Shown here in pieces: positions 1 through 9,377 of a stretch of 33,645 nt of DNA. The translations under genes were made by a program, and so were the position numbers. This stretch comes from Dongiaceae bacterium (GTDB taxonomy: Bacteria > Pseudomonadota > Alphaproteobacteria > Dongiales > Dongiaceae). The notes below the pieces were generated by a model that saw only the letters and a list, made by a program, of their open reading frames with translations, searched no databases and was not told the DNA's origin. The stretch covers positions 1-33,645 of the forward strand of contig DASYRS010000318.1 of assembly GCA_036004205.1 (NCBI GenBank), given 5' to 3'. Each line of letters begins with the position of its first letter. The stretch's first letter is position 1.

Positions 1-1197
1 GCGTCGCAGATCGAGCGCCCGGTAGGAGTTCCATTCGGTCAGGAACACAACCGCGTCGGCGCCGGTCATCGCCTCATACGGATCGGCGCAGTAGGAGACG
101 TCCGGCATCAGCTTCCTGGCTTCGGCCATGCCCTCCGGATCGTGCGCCTTCACTTCGGCGCCGGCTTTGATCAGGGCCGGCGCGATCGCAAGGCTGGGCG
201 CTTCGCGCATATCGTCGGTATTGGGCTTGAAGGTGAGGCCGAGCAGCGCCACCACCTTGCCCGCCGGCGCGCCGTCGAGCGCCGCGACGATGCGCTCCGC
301 CATCTTCAGCTTGCGCGCCTCGTTGTAGTCCGCGGTCGCCTCGATCAGGCCGATCGGCGCGTTCGCCTGGCGCGCGATCTCGACCAGCGCGCGCGTATCC
401 TTCGGGAAGCAGGAGCCGCCATAGCCCGGGCCCGGATGCAGGAACTTCTGGCCGATGCGCCCATCGAGGCCGACGCCGCGCGCGACGTCGTGAACGTCCG
501 CGCCCACCTTCTCGCACAAATCGGCGATCTGGTTGATGAAGGAGATCTTCATCGCGAGGAACCCGTTGGCGGCGTATTTGATCAGCTCCGCCGTTTCGAG
601 GCCCGTGAACAGGATCGGCGTTTCGATGAGGTACAGCGGCCGATAGAGCTCACGCATCTTTTCGCGTCCGCGCTCGGTCTCGGCGCCGATCACCACGCGA
701 TTCGGCCGCATGAAATCGTCGATCGCCGAGCCTTCGCGCAGAAATTCCGGATTGGAGACGACGTCGAAATCGGCTTTCGGGTTGGTGGCGCGGATGATCT
801 CCGCCACCTCGCGCCCGGTTCCGACAGGGACGGTCGATTTGGTCACCACCACGGTATAGCCGCGCATCGCATGCGCGATCTGCTTTGCCGCCTCGCGCAC
901 ATAGGTGAGGTCCGCGTAGCCATCGCCGCGCCGGCTGGGCGTGCCGACCGCGATGAACACCAGGTCGGCATCGGCGACCGTCGCCGAGAGATCCTTTTCG
1001 AACCTGAGGCTTCCGGCCGCGGCGTTGCGCGCCACCAGGGCGTCCAGCCCAGGCTCGTAGATCGGAATTTCGTTGCGCCGCAGGCGCCCGATCTTCAGCT
1101 CGTCCTGATCGATGCAGGTGACGTGATGGCCGAACTCGGAGAAGCAGGCGCCCGATACCAGGCCGACATAGCCGGCGCCGATCATTGCGATTTTCAT
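1..1197 (-). CDS. ugd: UDP-glucose 6-dehydrogenase (3' end runs off the window)
   Basis: Not in the ORF track because it has no stop inside the window. Minus-strand translation from the ATG at 1197 gives MKIAMIGAGYVGLVSGACFSEFG (Rossmann motif), later SNPEFLREG, ELIKYAANGFLAMKISFIN and GYGGSCFPKD. Adjacent to galU. Confidence 0.95.
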   Translation of the reverse strand, partial: MKIAMIGAGYVGLVSGACFSEFGHHVTCIDQDELKIGRLRRNEIPIYEPGLDALVARNAAAGSLRFEKDLSATVADADLVFIAVGTPSRRGDGYADLTYVREAAKQIAHAMRGYTVVVTKSTVPVGTGREVAEIIRATNPKADFDVVSNPEFLREGSAIDDFMRPNRVVIGAETERGREKMRELYRPLYLIETPILFTGLETAELIKYAANGFLAMKISFINQIADLCEKVGADVHDVARGVGLDGRIGQKFLHPGPGYGGSCFPKDTRALVEIARQANAPIGLIEATADYNEARKLKMAERIVAALDGAPAGKVVALLGLTFKPNTDDMREAPSLAIAPALIKAGAEVKAHDPEGMAEARKLMPDVSYCADPYEAMTGADAVVFLTEWNSYRALDLRR

Positions 1198-1222
1198 GGC
1201 GGCCTACTCCCCCTGACGTCTT

Positions 1223-2107
1223 TCAGTGCTTCAAGTCTTGCGCGAAGGCGAGCACGGCCTCCCGTACCTTGCGCCCGATCTTGGGGTGACTGAGGGCATA
1301 GGCGATGTTGGCTTCGATGAAGCCGGCCTTGTCGCCGCAGTCGAAGCGCTTGCCCTCGAACCGGTAGCCGTGGAACCGGCCGCGCCCGCACATCTGCGCC
1401 ATCGCGTCGGTGAGCTGGATCTCGCCCCCAGCGCCCGGCGTTTGCTGGTCGAGATGGCCGAACACGTCGGGCTGCAGGATGTAGCGTCCGATGATCGACA
1501 GGGTGGAGGGGGCTTGCTCGGGTTTCGGCTTCTCCACCAGGCCAAGAGCCTCCACCAGCCGTCCGCTCTCCTTGCCGGTCTTGAGGATGCCGTAGCGGTC
1601 GGTGTGGGCCTTCGGCACGTCCATCACCGCCACCACGTTGCCGCCGACCTCGTTGTAGACCTCCACCATCTGCTTCAGGCATGGCACGCTCGACTGGACC
1701 AGATCGTCCGCCAGCAGCACAGCAAAGGGTTCGCTGCCCACCAGGTTGCGCGCGCACCACACCGCATGGCCAAGACCCCGTGCCTCCTGCTGGCGGATAT
1801 AGGCAACCTCGCCCGGGTTTGGCACCAGGTTGTTGATCAGCGCAAGCTCGGCGTCCTTCTTGCGCTCCTTCAGCGTGTCCTGCAGCTCGTAGGAATAGTC
1901 GAAGTGATCCTCGATCGCGCTCTTGCCCCGCCCGGTCACGAAGATCAGTTCCTCGATGCCGGCCGCGCGCGCTTCCTCCACCGCGTACTGGATCAGCGGC
2001 TTGTCCACCACGGGCAGCATTTCCTTCGGCATCGCCTTGGTCGCGGGCAAGAACCGCGTTCCCAACCCGCCGACCGGAAATATCGCCTTACGCAAAGGCT
2101 TGCGCAT
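1223..2107 (-). CDS. galU: UTP--glucose-1-phosphate uridylyltransferase
   Basis: KAIFPVGGLGTRFLPATKAMPKEMLPVVDKPLIQY, GLGHAV, LVEKP and GEIQLTDA motifs. Confidence 0.96.
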   Translation of the reverse strand: MRKPLRKAIFPVGGLGTRFLPATKAMPKEMLPVVDKPLIQYAVEEARAAGIEELIFVTGRGKSAIEDHFDYSYELQDTLKERKKDAELALINNLVPNPGEVAYIRQQEARGLGHAVWCARNLVGSEPFAVLLADDLVQSSVPCLKQMVEVYNEVGGNVVAVMDVPKAHTDRYGILKTGKESGRLVEALGLVEKPKPEQAPSTLSIIGRYILQPDVFGHLDQQTPGAGGEIQLTDAMAQMCGRGRFHGYRFEGKRFDCGDKAGFIEANIAYALSHPKIGRKVREAVLAFAQDLKH

Positions 2108-2251
2108 TCGTCAGTCCTCTTTGCTGGGTGTCACTCGCCTGACCGATGATGGCGCAGGTTGTGCCATAGCAGCCATCGACCGGCAACCCGCCGGCCCCGC
2201 GATAGTTCCGCCGTAATCTGATATATCATTGAAATAACTGAGTTTATTTGC

Positions 2252-3079
2252 CTAGGCGGCGCGCGCGTCCTTGAGGCCGAGGGCGGCCACCAACTCGCGC
2301 ACCTCCTGTCGGGCGGCGACGTGGGAGATGCGCCAGGTGACGCCGGCATCCTTGCGGCTGAGGTCGAGCAGGGTGAGGCCGCGCGGGAACAGCTCGCGGA
2401 AGATCACGCGCTCGGTAAAGCCGGGCGCGATGCGGAAGCCGATGCGCCGGGACAGCTGCTCGAGCAGCCGGCCGATATCGCGCTTGTTCTTGGCATCGAG
2501 GCTGCTGAGCCGGTTGCGCATCACGATCCAGTCGATCGGGCGGCCGCGATTGATGGCGCGCTGTTTGCGCTGGTCCCACACCATTTCGCTATAGACGCTG
2601 GGCTTCAGGATCTTCTCGCCGTCACGATCAATGCGACCGAGCAGATCGAGATCGAGGAAGCTGTCGTTCAGCGGCGTGATCAGCGTGTCGGCCAAAGTAT
2701 GGGCCAGCCGCGACAGCGAGGTATCGGAGCCCGGCGTGTCGATGACAATGAAATCGCAATCCTGAAGCTCCCCCAGTGCGCCGCTCAGACGGTCGGCTTC
2801 GTCGTCGCGCCCCGCGATCGCGCTGTCCGCCGCCGACCGCTCGACCGGGACGTGACGCGACAGCGGTAGCGGGACCAGCATCTGCGCCGCCGTCGCCTTG
2901 CGGTTCTCGATATAGCGGGTGAAAGAGCCCTGGCGCGCGTCGCAATCGATCGAGCCGACCATGTGGCCGTCATGCAGCAGCGCAACGACCAGATGCATGG
3001 CGGTGGTCGACTTGCCCGACCCGCCCTTTTCGTTGCCCAGCACGATGATATGCGGCTTGCCCGTGCGTTGCAGCGTCAC
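2252..3079 (-). CDS. mipZ: Division plane positioning ATPase MipZ
   Basis: HIIVLGNEKGGSGKSTTAMH deviant Walker A, IDTPG, ADTLITPLNDSFLDLD, DWIVMRNRL and ERVIFRELFPRGLTLLD. Start placed at GTG 3079, which overlaps the upstream TGA (GTGA). Confidence 0.88.
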   Translation of the reverse strand: MTLQRTGKPHIIVLGNEKGGSGKSTTAMHLVVALLHDGHMVGSIDCDARQGSFTRYIENRKATAAQMLVPLPLSRHVPVERSAADSAIAGRDDEADRLSGALGELQDCDFIVIDTPGSDTSLSRLAHTLADTLITPLNDSFLDLDLLGRIDRDGEKILKPSVYSEMVWDQRKQRAINRGRPIDWIVMRNRLSSLDAKNKRDIGRLLEQLSRRIGFRIAPGFTERVIFRELFPRGLTLLDLSRKDAGVTWRISHVAARQEVRELVAALGLKDARAA

Positions 3080-5176
3080 GCCCGCGACTCGGCTGCCTTG
3101 CCAATCCATACCGCAGTGTCATGAAACACCGCACCGCCGTTTGGCAAGCCCGCGTCGTCGCTGGTCAGGGTGTTGATGCCGTTGCCGCCCACGAAGGCAG
3201 CATTGGGCCAGATCGACTCGACCACCACGACCCCCGCCAGCAGGCCGTCGAACGGCTTCACGTGGAGAAAGACCCGGCCCCGGTCATTGCCGATTTCCGC
3301 CAGGTCGCCCTCGGCCAGCCCGAGTCGCGCGGCATCGGCCGGGTGGAGCAGCAAGGTCGGCCTCCCTTCCCGCTTTTTCGATCCCGGCGTCTCGGTGAAG
3401 GTGGAATTGAGGAAGGAGCGGGCCGGGGCAGTCACCATCCGGAACGGCCGCTCCGGCGTCGGCGCATCGAACACCGGCGCCATGTCCGGCAAGGCCGGCA
3501 GCCGCGCGTGATCCTTTCCGATCTTGGCCCAGTCGGCCTTGAAGTGGAATTTCTTGTCGGGATGGCCGAAGCCGTTCTGGAAATGCGCCGTGTCGAAATC
3601 GAGCGCGCATTCCTGCCAGTGCTTCTGGTGGATCTCGTCCGGTCCCGGCCAGCCGGAACGCTTCAGAGTCTCCGCGATGATCTCCCACTCGGTCATGCCA
3701 AAGGCCGGATGCTGGCAACCCAGGCGCCTGGCGAGCTCGCAGATCACGTAGTGGTTGGTGCGCGCTTCGGCGTAGGGCTCGACCACCTTGCGCGTCACCT
3801 GCAGGAAGGTGTGGCCGCTGCCGTAGTAGATATCGTTATGCTCCAGGAACGTGGTGGCCGGCAGCACGATGTCCGCCATCGCCGCCGTCTCGGTCATGAA
3901 TTGCTCGTGCACGCAGGTGAACAGGTCAGAACGTGAGAAGCCCTGCCGCACCAGGTTGGTGTTGGGGCAGACCATCATCGGATTGGTGTTCTGCACGATC
4001 AACGCCATGACCGGCGGGCCATCGCCCAGATCGCGCTTGTCGCCGGTCAGGACTGCGCCCAGGCGCGATTGATCCAGCTCGCGCACGTTGCGGTCCAGCA
4101 GCTCCTTGCCGACGATCATCGAATTGTCGATGTGATAGAGCGAGCGATTGAAATAGAGCGCGCCGCCGCCTTTGTGCGCCCAGGCGCCCGTGATCGTCGG
4201 CAGGCACGTGACGGCATGCAGCGACACCGCGCCGTTGCGGGCGCGCGCGAAGCCGAAGCCGACGCGGATATAGGCGCGCTTGGTCCTGCCATAGAGCCGT
4301 GCGAACTCGCGGATGGTCTCGGCCGGGACGCCGGTCACGCCCGCCGCCCATTCCGGCGTCCGGTCCCGCACATGCGCCTCGAGCGCGGCGGGATCGTCGG
4401 CATGGCGCGCCATGTAGTCTCGGTCGGCGTAGCCTTCCGCGAACAGCACGTGCATCATGCCCAGCACCAAGGCCGCGTCGGTGCCGGGCCGGAGCATGAT
4501 GTGCTGGTCGGCAACTTCCGCCGTCGGATTGCGGTAGGGGTCGACCGAGACGAACTTGGCGCCGCGCTCTTTCCGGGCGCGCGCCACATGGGTCATGACA
4601 TTGACCTGGGTCGACACCGGATTGGTGCCCCAGGCGATGATGAGGTCGCTGTCCGCGATCTCGCGCGCATCGACGCCGCGCATGATTCCGACGCCGGCCA
4701 TCCAGCCGGAATCGGACAGCGCGACGCATATCGTGCTTTTCTGCTGCGAGTATTTCTTCTCGTGGCGCAGGCGATGGATGCCGTCGCGCTGCACCAGTCC
4801 CATCGTGCCGGCGTAGTAGTACGGCCAGACCGATTCCGCGCCCCATTGCTGCTCGGCCCTGATGAACCGCTCGGCGGTTTCATCGAGCGCCTGCTCCCAT
4901 GAGATCGGCGCGAAGGCGGCAAGGCCGACGCCCTTGTCGCCGACACGCTTCATCGGCCGTGCCAGCCGGTCCGGATGATGCTGCCGCTCGGCGTAGCGCG
5001 CGACCTTGGCGCAGATCACCCCCCGCGGTGTACGGGTTGGCCTTCGCGCCATGCACGCGGCCGATGCGCGTCGGGCTGAGGCGCTCGACCTCCAGCGCGC
5101 AGGTGGAGGGGCAATCGTGCGGACAGGCGCTGTGCACGATGTCCGGCTTGACGTTGGGGACGGCGTCCAAGGGCAT
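3076..5176 (-). pseudogene. Molybdopterin-dependent oxidoreductase (bis-MGD family, N-terminal 4Fe-4S), frameshifted at 5019-5024; possibly a sequencing error
   Basis: The N-terminus MPLD...ACPHDCPSTCALEV...NPYTAG is in ORF 4880..5212. The continuation GVICAKVARYAER...STIC...WGTNP...HPADAARLG is in ORF 3076..5052. Removing one G from the G6 run joins them into a 699-aa protein. Confidence 0.85.
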
Positions 5177-5289
5177 GAAAATGTCGATGCCGCACTTGGC
5201 GGCGCGCTCCAAAATACCTAGAGTGCCGCGACTTTACCCGCCGGAGCCCGGCATTTCCAGGGCCCCGACGGCTCATTCGGGGATGTATC

Positions 5290-6174
5290 GTGACAAGTTT
5301 GGCGGCTACGGGCCAGCTTCAGTTCAAGCCCAAGTTGGGCGTGTTCTACATCATGGCTGCCATTGCCGTCCTTGGCAGCACCGATGCCATCGTCAAATGG
5401 TCGACCACCAACATCGATCCGATCCAGATCGGATTCTCCCGCTTTGTCGTCTCGCTGATCATGGTGCTCTGGCTGGTCGGCCGGTCGCAACCCGGCTTCG
5501 CGGCGCTGCGCACCAAGCGCCCGCTGGAGCATGCCGCGCGCGCTTTCTGTGCCGCGGTCGAGCTGACGGCCTTCTATTTCGCGATCAGCCTCATCCCGTT
5601 GCCGACGGCGATGAGCATCGTCGCGACATCTCCCATCTTCGGCACGCTGCTCGGCGTGGTGTTCCTGCGCGAGCGGTTGCGGCTCGGCGGATGGATCGCC
5701 GTCTTTACGGGCTTCGCAGGCATGTTGCTGGTGGTACAACCGGAAGAAGGCGTCAACAGCTTCTATGGCACGATCGCCGTCCTCACCTCGGTCTTTCTCT
5801 GGTGCTTCGCGCAACTGTTCGCGCGGCGCCTCAGCACGACGGAGAGCAACCTTTCCATCCTGTTCTATTACGCGACCGGCGGGGTCATCATCCTCGGCCT
5901 CGCCACGCCGTTCGTGTGGGTCAATCCGACGCCGGTCGAATGGGCGGCAATCCTGGCGGTGGGGATCTTCGGCTGCATCGGGCAGTATTTCCTGATCCTC
6001 GCGCTGCGCTATGCGCCGATGTCGCTGCTGGCGCCGTTCGAGTATAGCGCGCTCGTCTGGGCCAGCCTCTATGGCTACATCTTCTGGCGCGACGTGCTGG
6101 GGCCGATCGCCATTGTCGGCGTCGTCATCATCGTCGCGGCCTGCCTCTACATCACGCGCACCATGGAGCATTGA
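5290..6174 (+). CDS. DMT/EamA family transporter
   Basis: About 10 hydrophobic helices in two repeats; FLRERL and [13 protein letters not shown] motifs. Confidence 0.9.
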   Translation: MTSLAATGQLQFKPKLGVFYIMAAIAVLGSTDAIVKWSTTNIDPIQIGFSRFVVSLIMVLWLVGRSQPGFAALRTKRPLEHAARAFCAAVELTAFYFAISLIPLPTAMSIVATSPIFGTLLGVVFLRERLRLGGWIAVFTGFAGMLLVVQPEEGVNSFYGTIAVLTSVFLWCFAQLFARRLSTTESNLSILFYYATGGVIILGLATPFVWVNPTPVEWAAILAVGIFGCIGQYFLILALRYAPMSLLAPFEYSALVWASLYGYIFWRDVLGPIAIVGVVIIVAACLYITRTMEH

Positions 6175-7304
6175 TGGCGAGCGATGTGATCGACCGGGCG
6201 GAGGTCGATTGCGTCGTCGTCGGCGCAGGTGTCATCGGCCTCGCCTGCGCGCGGCGGATCGCGCAAACCGGCCGCGAAGTCCTGATCCTGGAATCCGAAA
6301 GCGACATCGGATCGGGCGTTTCGGCGCGCAACAGCGAGGTCATCCATGCCGGCATCTATTATCCGACCGGCAGCCTGAAAGCGCGGCTGTGCGTCGCCGG
6401 CCGGGAACGGCTTTACGCCTATTGCGCGGAGCATGGTGTCACCGCGCGCCAGGTCGGCAAGCTGGTGGTTGCAACCGCGCCCGAACAGGTACCGGCCTTG
6501 CACACGCTGATGGGCCAGGCGCGCGCCAACAACGTCGACGATCTGGCGCTGCTCGGTGCGGACCAGGCGCGTGCGTTGGAACCGCAGCTCTCCTGCGTCG
6601 CCGCCTTTCATTCGCCTTCGACCGGCATCGTCGACACGCACGGATTGATGCTGAGCCTGTTGGGCGAAGCGGAAGCACACGGCGCCACCCTGGCGCGCCG
6701 CGCGCCGGTGGAACGCGGATGGATCGAGGACGATGGGCGGATCACGCTGGCGGTCGTCGGCGCCGAACCAATGCAGGTGACGGCGCGCCAGTTTGTCAAC
6801 GCGGCCGGCCTTGGGGCGCAAGCCATCGCGCGCAGCTTTGAAGCCTATCCGGCCGATCGCATCCCCCCGCTCCACTATGCCAAGGGCAACTATTTCAGCC
6901 TGGCCGGCCGATCGCCCTTCTCGCGCCTGATCTATCCGATGCCGGAAGCTGCGGGCCTCGGCGTGCACCTCACGCTCGACCTGGCGGGGCAGGCCCGCTT
7001 CGGCCCGGACGTCGAATGGGTGGATGGCCTCGACTACGATGTCGACCCACGGCGTGGCGATGCCTTCTACGCCGCGATCCGCAGCTATTGGCCGAGCTTG
7101 CGCGACGGCGCGCTGCAGCCGGCCTATGCCGGCATCCGGCCCAAGATCCAGGCCGCGGGCATGCCGGCCGCGGACTTCCGTATCGACGGGCCGGAGCTGC
7201 ACGGCCTCCCCGGCCAGGTCCACCTCTATGGCATCGAGTCCCCCGGCCTGACCTCGTGTCTCGCCATCGCCGATGAGGTCGCCGGTCGACTCGATCTTGG
7301 ATAA
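6174..7304 (+). CDS. FAD-dependent oxidoreductase, L-2-hydroxyglutarate dehydrogenase (LhgO/L2HGDH)-like
   Basis: [51 protein letters not shown] and GIESPGLTS. The ATG at 6174 overlaps the DMT stop. Confidence 0.88.
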   Translation: MASDVIDRAEVDCVVVGAGVIGLACARRIAQTGREVLILESESDIGSGVSARNSEVIHAGIYYPTGSLKARLCVAGRERLYAYCAEHGVTARQVGKLVVATAPEQVPALHTLMGQARANNVDDLALLGADQARALEPQLSCVAAFHSPSTGIVDTHGLMLSLLGEAEAHGATLARRAPVERGWIEDDGRITLAVVGAEPMQVTARQFVNAAGLGAQAIARSFEAYPADRIPPLHYAKGNYFSLAGRSPFSRLIYPMPEAAGLGVHLTLDLAGQARFGPDVEWVDGLDYDVDPRRGDAFYAAIRSYWPSLRDGALQPAYAGIRPKIQAAGMPAADFRIDGPELHGLPGQVHLYGIESPGLTSCLAIADEVAGRLDLG

Positions 7305-7452
7305 ATCGACCGGGAGCGGCCGCAGCTTTTTAATCATTCAAATAACTGCCCGTGATGACGCAGCGCAGCGACTCGCGACGGCAACGCACTTGAGTCTCGA
7401 CAAAATATGCGGCGTGCGATGCAGCAATTTGCGGGCCGTTGCGCATTCGTTT

Positions 7453-7482
7453 GAGTAACGCCGGCTCCGGCGTTACTCTTTT
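7453..7482 (+). terminator. Perfect 12-bp inverted repeat plus T4; terminator, attenuator or operator upstream of the permease
   Basis: GAGTAACGCCGG-CT-CCGGCGTTACTC-TTTT, ending about 65 nt before the ATG at 7547. Confidence 0.55.
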
Positions 7483-7546
7483 CCGTCTCATCATCGGCAG
7501 GAGATCACGCACACCCGACACGTCCAAAAATGGAGGGGGAACCATC

Positions 7547-9049
7547 ATGGCACAGCAGACTGGCCCGTCCGGCGTCAGCTATGAAAAGGTTGGCACCGAA
7601 TATTTCGAGAAGCGAAGCCTGCGCCGGCACGCCCGCGCATGGTCACTCTGGGCGCTGGGGGTGGGCGCCGTCATCTCGGGGGACTTCTTCGGCTGGAACT
7701 ATGGCCTCGCCACCGGCGGCTTCGGTGGCCTCTTCATCGCCACCGTCATCGTCAGCGTCATGTATATCGGCCTCTGCTATTGCTTGGCCGAGATGTCGCC
7801 CGCTTTGCCCCATACTGGCGGCGCCTATTCCTTCGCCCGCACCGCCATGGGGCCCTGGGGCGGATTCCTCACCGGCCTCGGCGAGAACATGGAATACGTC
7901 ATCACGCCGGGCGTCATCATCATTTCGGTCGGCGCCTATCTGCAGACGATCTTCAGCACGCCGCCCGAATGGCAGTGGGTCTGGTGGGTCATCGTCTTCG
8001 TCGTGTTCGTCGGCCTCAATGTCTGGGGCGTTGAGCTGTCGTTCAAGTTCACCGTGGTGATCACGTTCATCGCCATGGCGATTCTGATCTTCTTCTTCCT
8101 CGCCGCATTGTCGGCCTTCGACTTCAACACCCTCGCGCTCAACATCGGAATCGGACCAGATGGTGCGGCGGTCGAGTTGCCGGAGGGCGGCGGACCGTTC
8201 AATCCGTTCGGGATCGACGGCATCTTGAAGTCGCTGCCTTTCGCGATCTGGTTCCTGCTCGCCATCGAGCAGCTTCCGCTCGCGGCCGAGGAGAGCCATG
8301 ACCCCAAGAAGGACATGCCGAAGGGCCTGCTCTGGGGCATCGCGACGCTCGTTGTGCTCGGGTTCCTGACGCTCATCTTCAACGCCGCGGTGCCGCCCGG
8401 CGCTTTCAAGCTCGGCAGCTCCGCGCAGCCGCTGCTCGACGGCCTCATCGGCATCTTCGGCGAAGGCCTGGGCACCAAGCTGCTGGCGCTGCTGGCGGTC
8501 GCGGGCCTCATCGCCAGCTTCCACACCATCATCTACGCCTATGGCCGCAACATCTACTCGCTGAGCCGGGCGGGCTACTTCCCGCGCTGGATGTCGATCA
8601 CCCACGGCGCGCGCAAGACGCCGCACGTCGCGCTCATCCTCGGCGGCGTCGTGGGCCTCGTGCTGGCTCTGTTCATGAACTACGTGTTCGGAACCGCCTC
8701 CTATGTCGGCGCCGCCCTGCTCAACATGGCGGTGTTCGGCGCGGTGATCTCGTACACCATGCAGGGGTTGTCGTACTACATCCTGAAGCGCGACTTCCCG
8801 ACCATCGAGCGGCCCTATGTCAGCCCGCTTGGCAACCTCGGCGCCTTTGCGTGCATGGCCATAGCGCTGCTGACGCTGATCTACATGTTCCTGAACGAAG
8901 CCTACCGGCCGGGCTTATGGGGAGCGCTCATCTGGTATGGCCTCGGCGTGCTCTACTTTGCCTTCGCCGGCCGGCATAAGCTGGTGCTTTCGCCCGAGGA
9001 GCAGTTCGCCATGACCCACCGCAAGGCGGCGACTGGTGCCAAGGCTTAG
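7547..9049 (+). CDS. APC-superfamily amino acid/amine permease, ethanolamine permease (Eat)-like
   Basis: LWALGVGAVISGDFFGWNYGL, AEMSPALPHTGGAYSFAR, IWFLLAIEQLPLAAEE and GLIASFH; purine-rich RBS GGAGGGGGA before ATG 7547; about 12 TM segments. Confidence 0.85.
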   Translation: MAQQTGPSGVSYEKVGTEYFEKRSLRRHARAWSLWALGVGAVISGDFFGWNYGLATGGFGGLFIATVIVSVMYIGLCYCLAEMSPALPHTGGAYSFARTAMGPWGGFLTGLGENMEYVITPGVIIISVGAYLQTIFSTPPEWQWVWWVIVFVVFVGLNVWGVELSFKFTVVITFIAMAILIFFFLAALSAFDFNTLALNIGIGPDGAAVELPEGGGPFNPFGIDGILKSLPFAIWFLLAIEQLPLAAEESHDPKKDMPKGLLWGIATLVVLGFLTLIFNAAVPPGAFKLGSSAQPLLDGLIGIFGEGLGTKLLALLAVAGLIASFHTIIYAYGRNIYSLSRAGYFPRWMSITHGARKTPHVALILGGVVGLVLALFMNYVFGTASYVGAALLNMAVFGAVISYTMQGLSYYILKRDFPTIERPYVSPLGNLGAFACMAIALLTLIYMFLNEAYRPGLWGALIWYGLGVLYFAFAGRHKLVLSPEEQFAMTHRKAATGAKA

Positions 9050-9070
9050 TCATCTTGTCCGATATCGGAT

Positions 9071-9100
9071 GCGGCGGCGCACCGGCGCCGCCGCTTTTTT
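9071..9100 (+). terminator. Rho-independent terminator
   Basis: GCGGCGGCGC-ACCG-GCGCCGCCGC-TTTTTT just after the permease stop. Confidence 0.85.
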
Positions 9101-9148
9101 GACCGCTTTTTGGAATTCGTCCAACAAACGGGCAGTCCCCGGGACGGC

Positions 9149-9177
9149 TTTACAAGCAAATAGCGCCTGACCATACT
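9149..9177 (+). promoter_or_regulatory. Putative sigma70 promoter of the second permease
   Basis: TTTACA-17 nt-CATACT. Confidence 0.55.
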
Positions 9178-9377
9178 CCCGCCACGCGGCGTCTGAGGCA
9201 TGGACGGTCGCGGTCGGAGTCGCAGTTCTCGCGACGAAGGGGGGTTCGGGCCGCTCAGGCGCGACGGACAGCTTCAACGGCAAATAGAACTTGGCAGGTC
9301 AGCCAAACAGCCGGCCACGATCGAACAATCGATCCTGGTGTCGTTCGACTGCGAGACAGAAAAAGAGGGGAGCTTAC

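Noticed and set aside
142-1293. 383-aa plus-strand ORF
   Set aside because: Antisense to ugd, which has clear motifs.
2149-2168. Sigma54 promoter for galU (TGGCAC-AACCT-GCGC on the minus strand)
   Set aside because: The -12 element lacks TTGC; the site is just an imperfect inverted repeat.
9180-9377. Match to guanidine-I/II/III, SAM-II, SAM-SAH or ANTAR motifs
   Set aside because: Only fragments (ACGG, CAACGG, GGGTTC) are present, without the required flanking stems.
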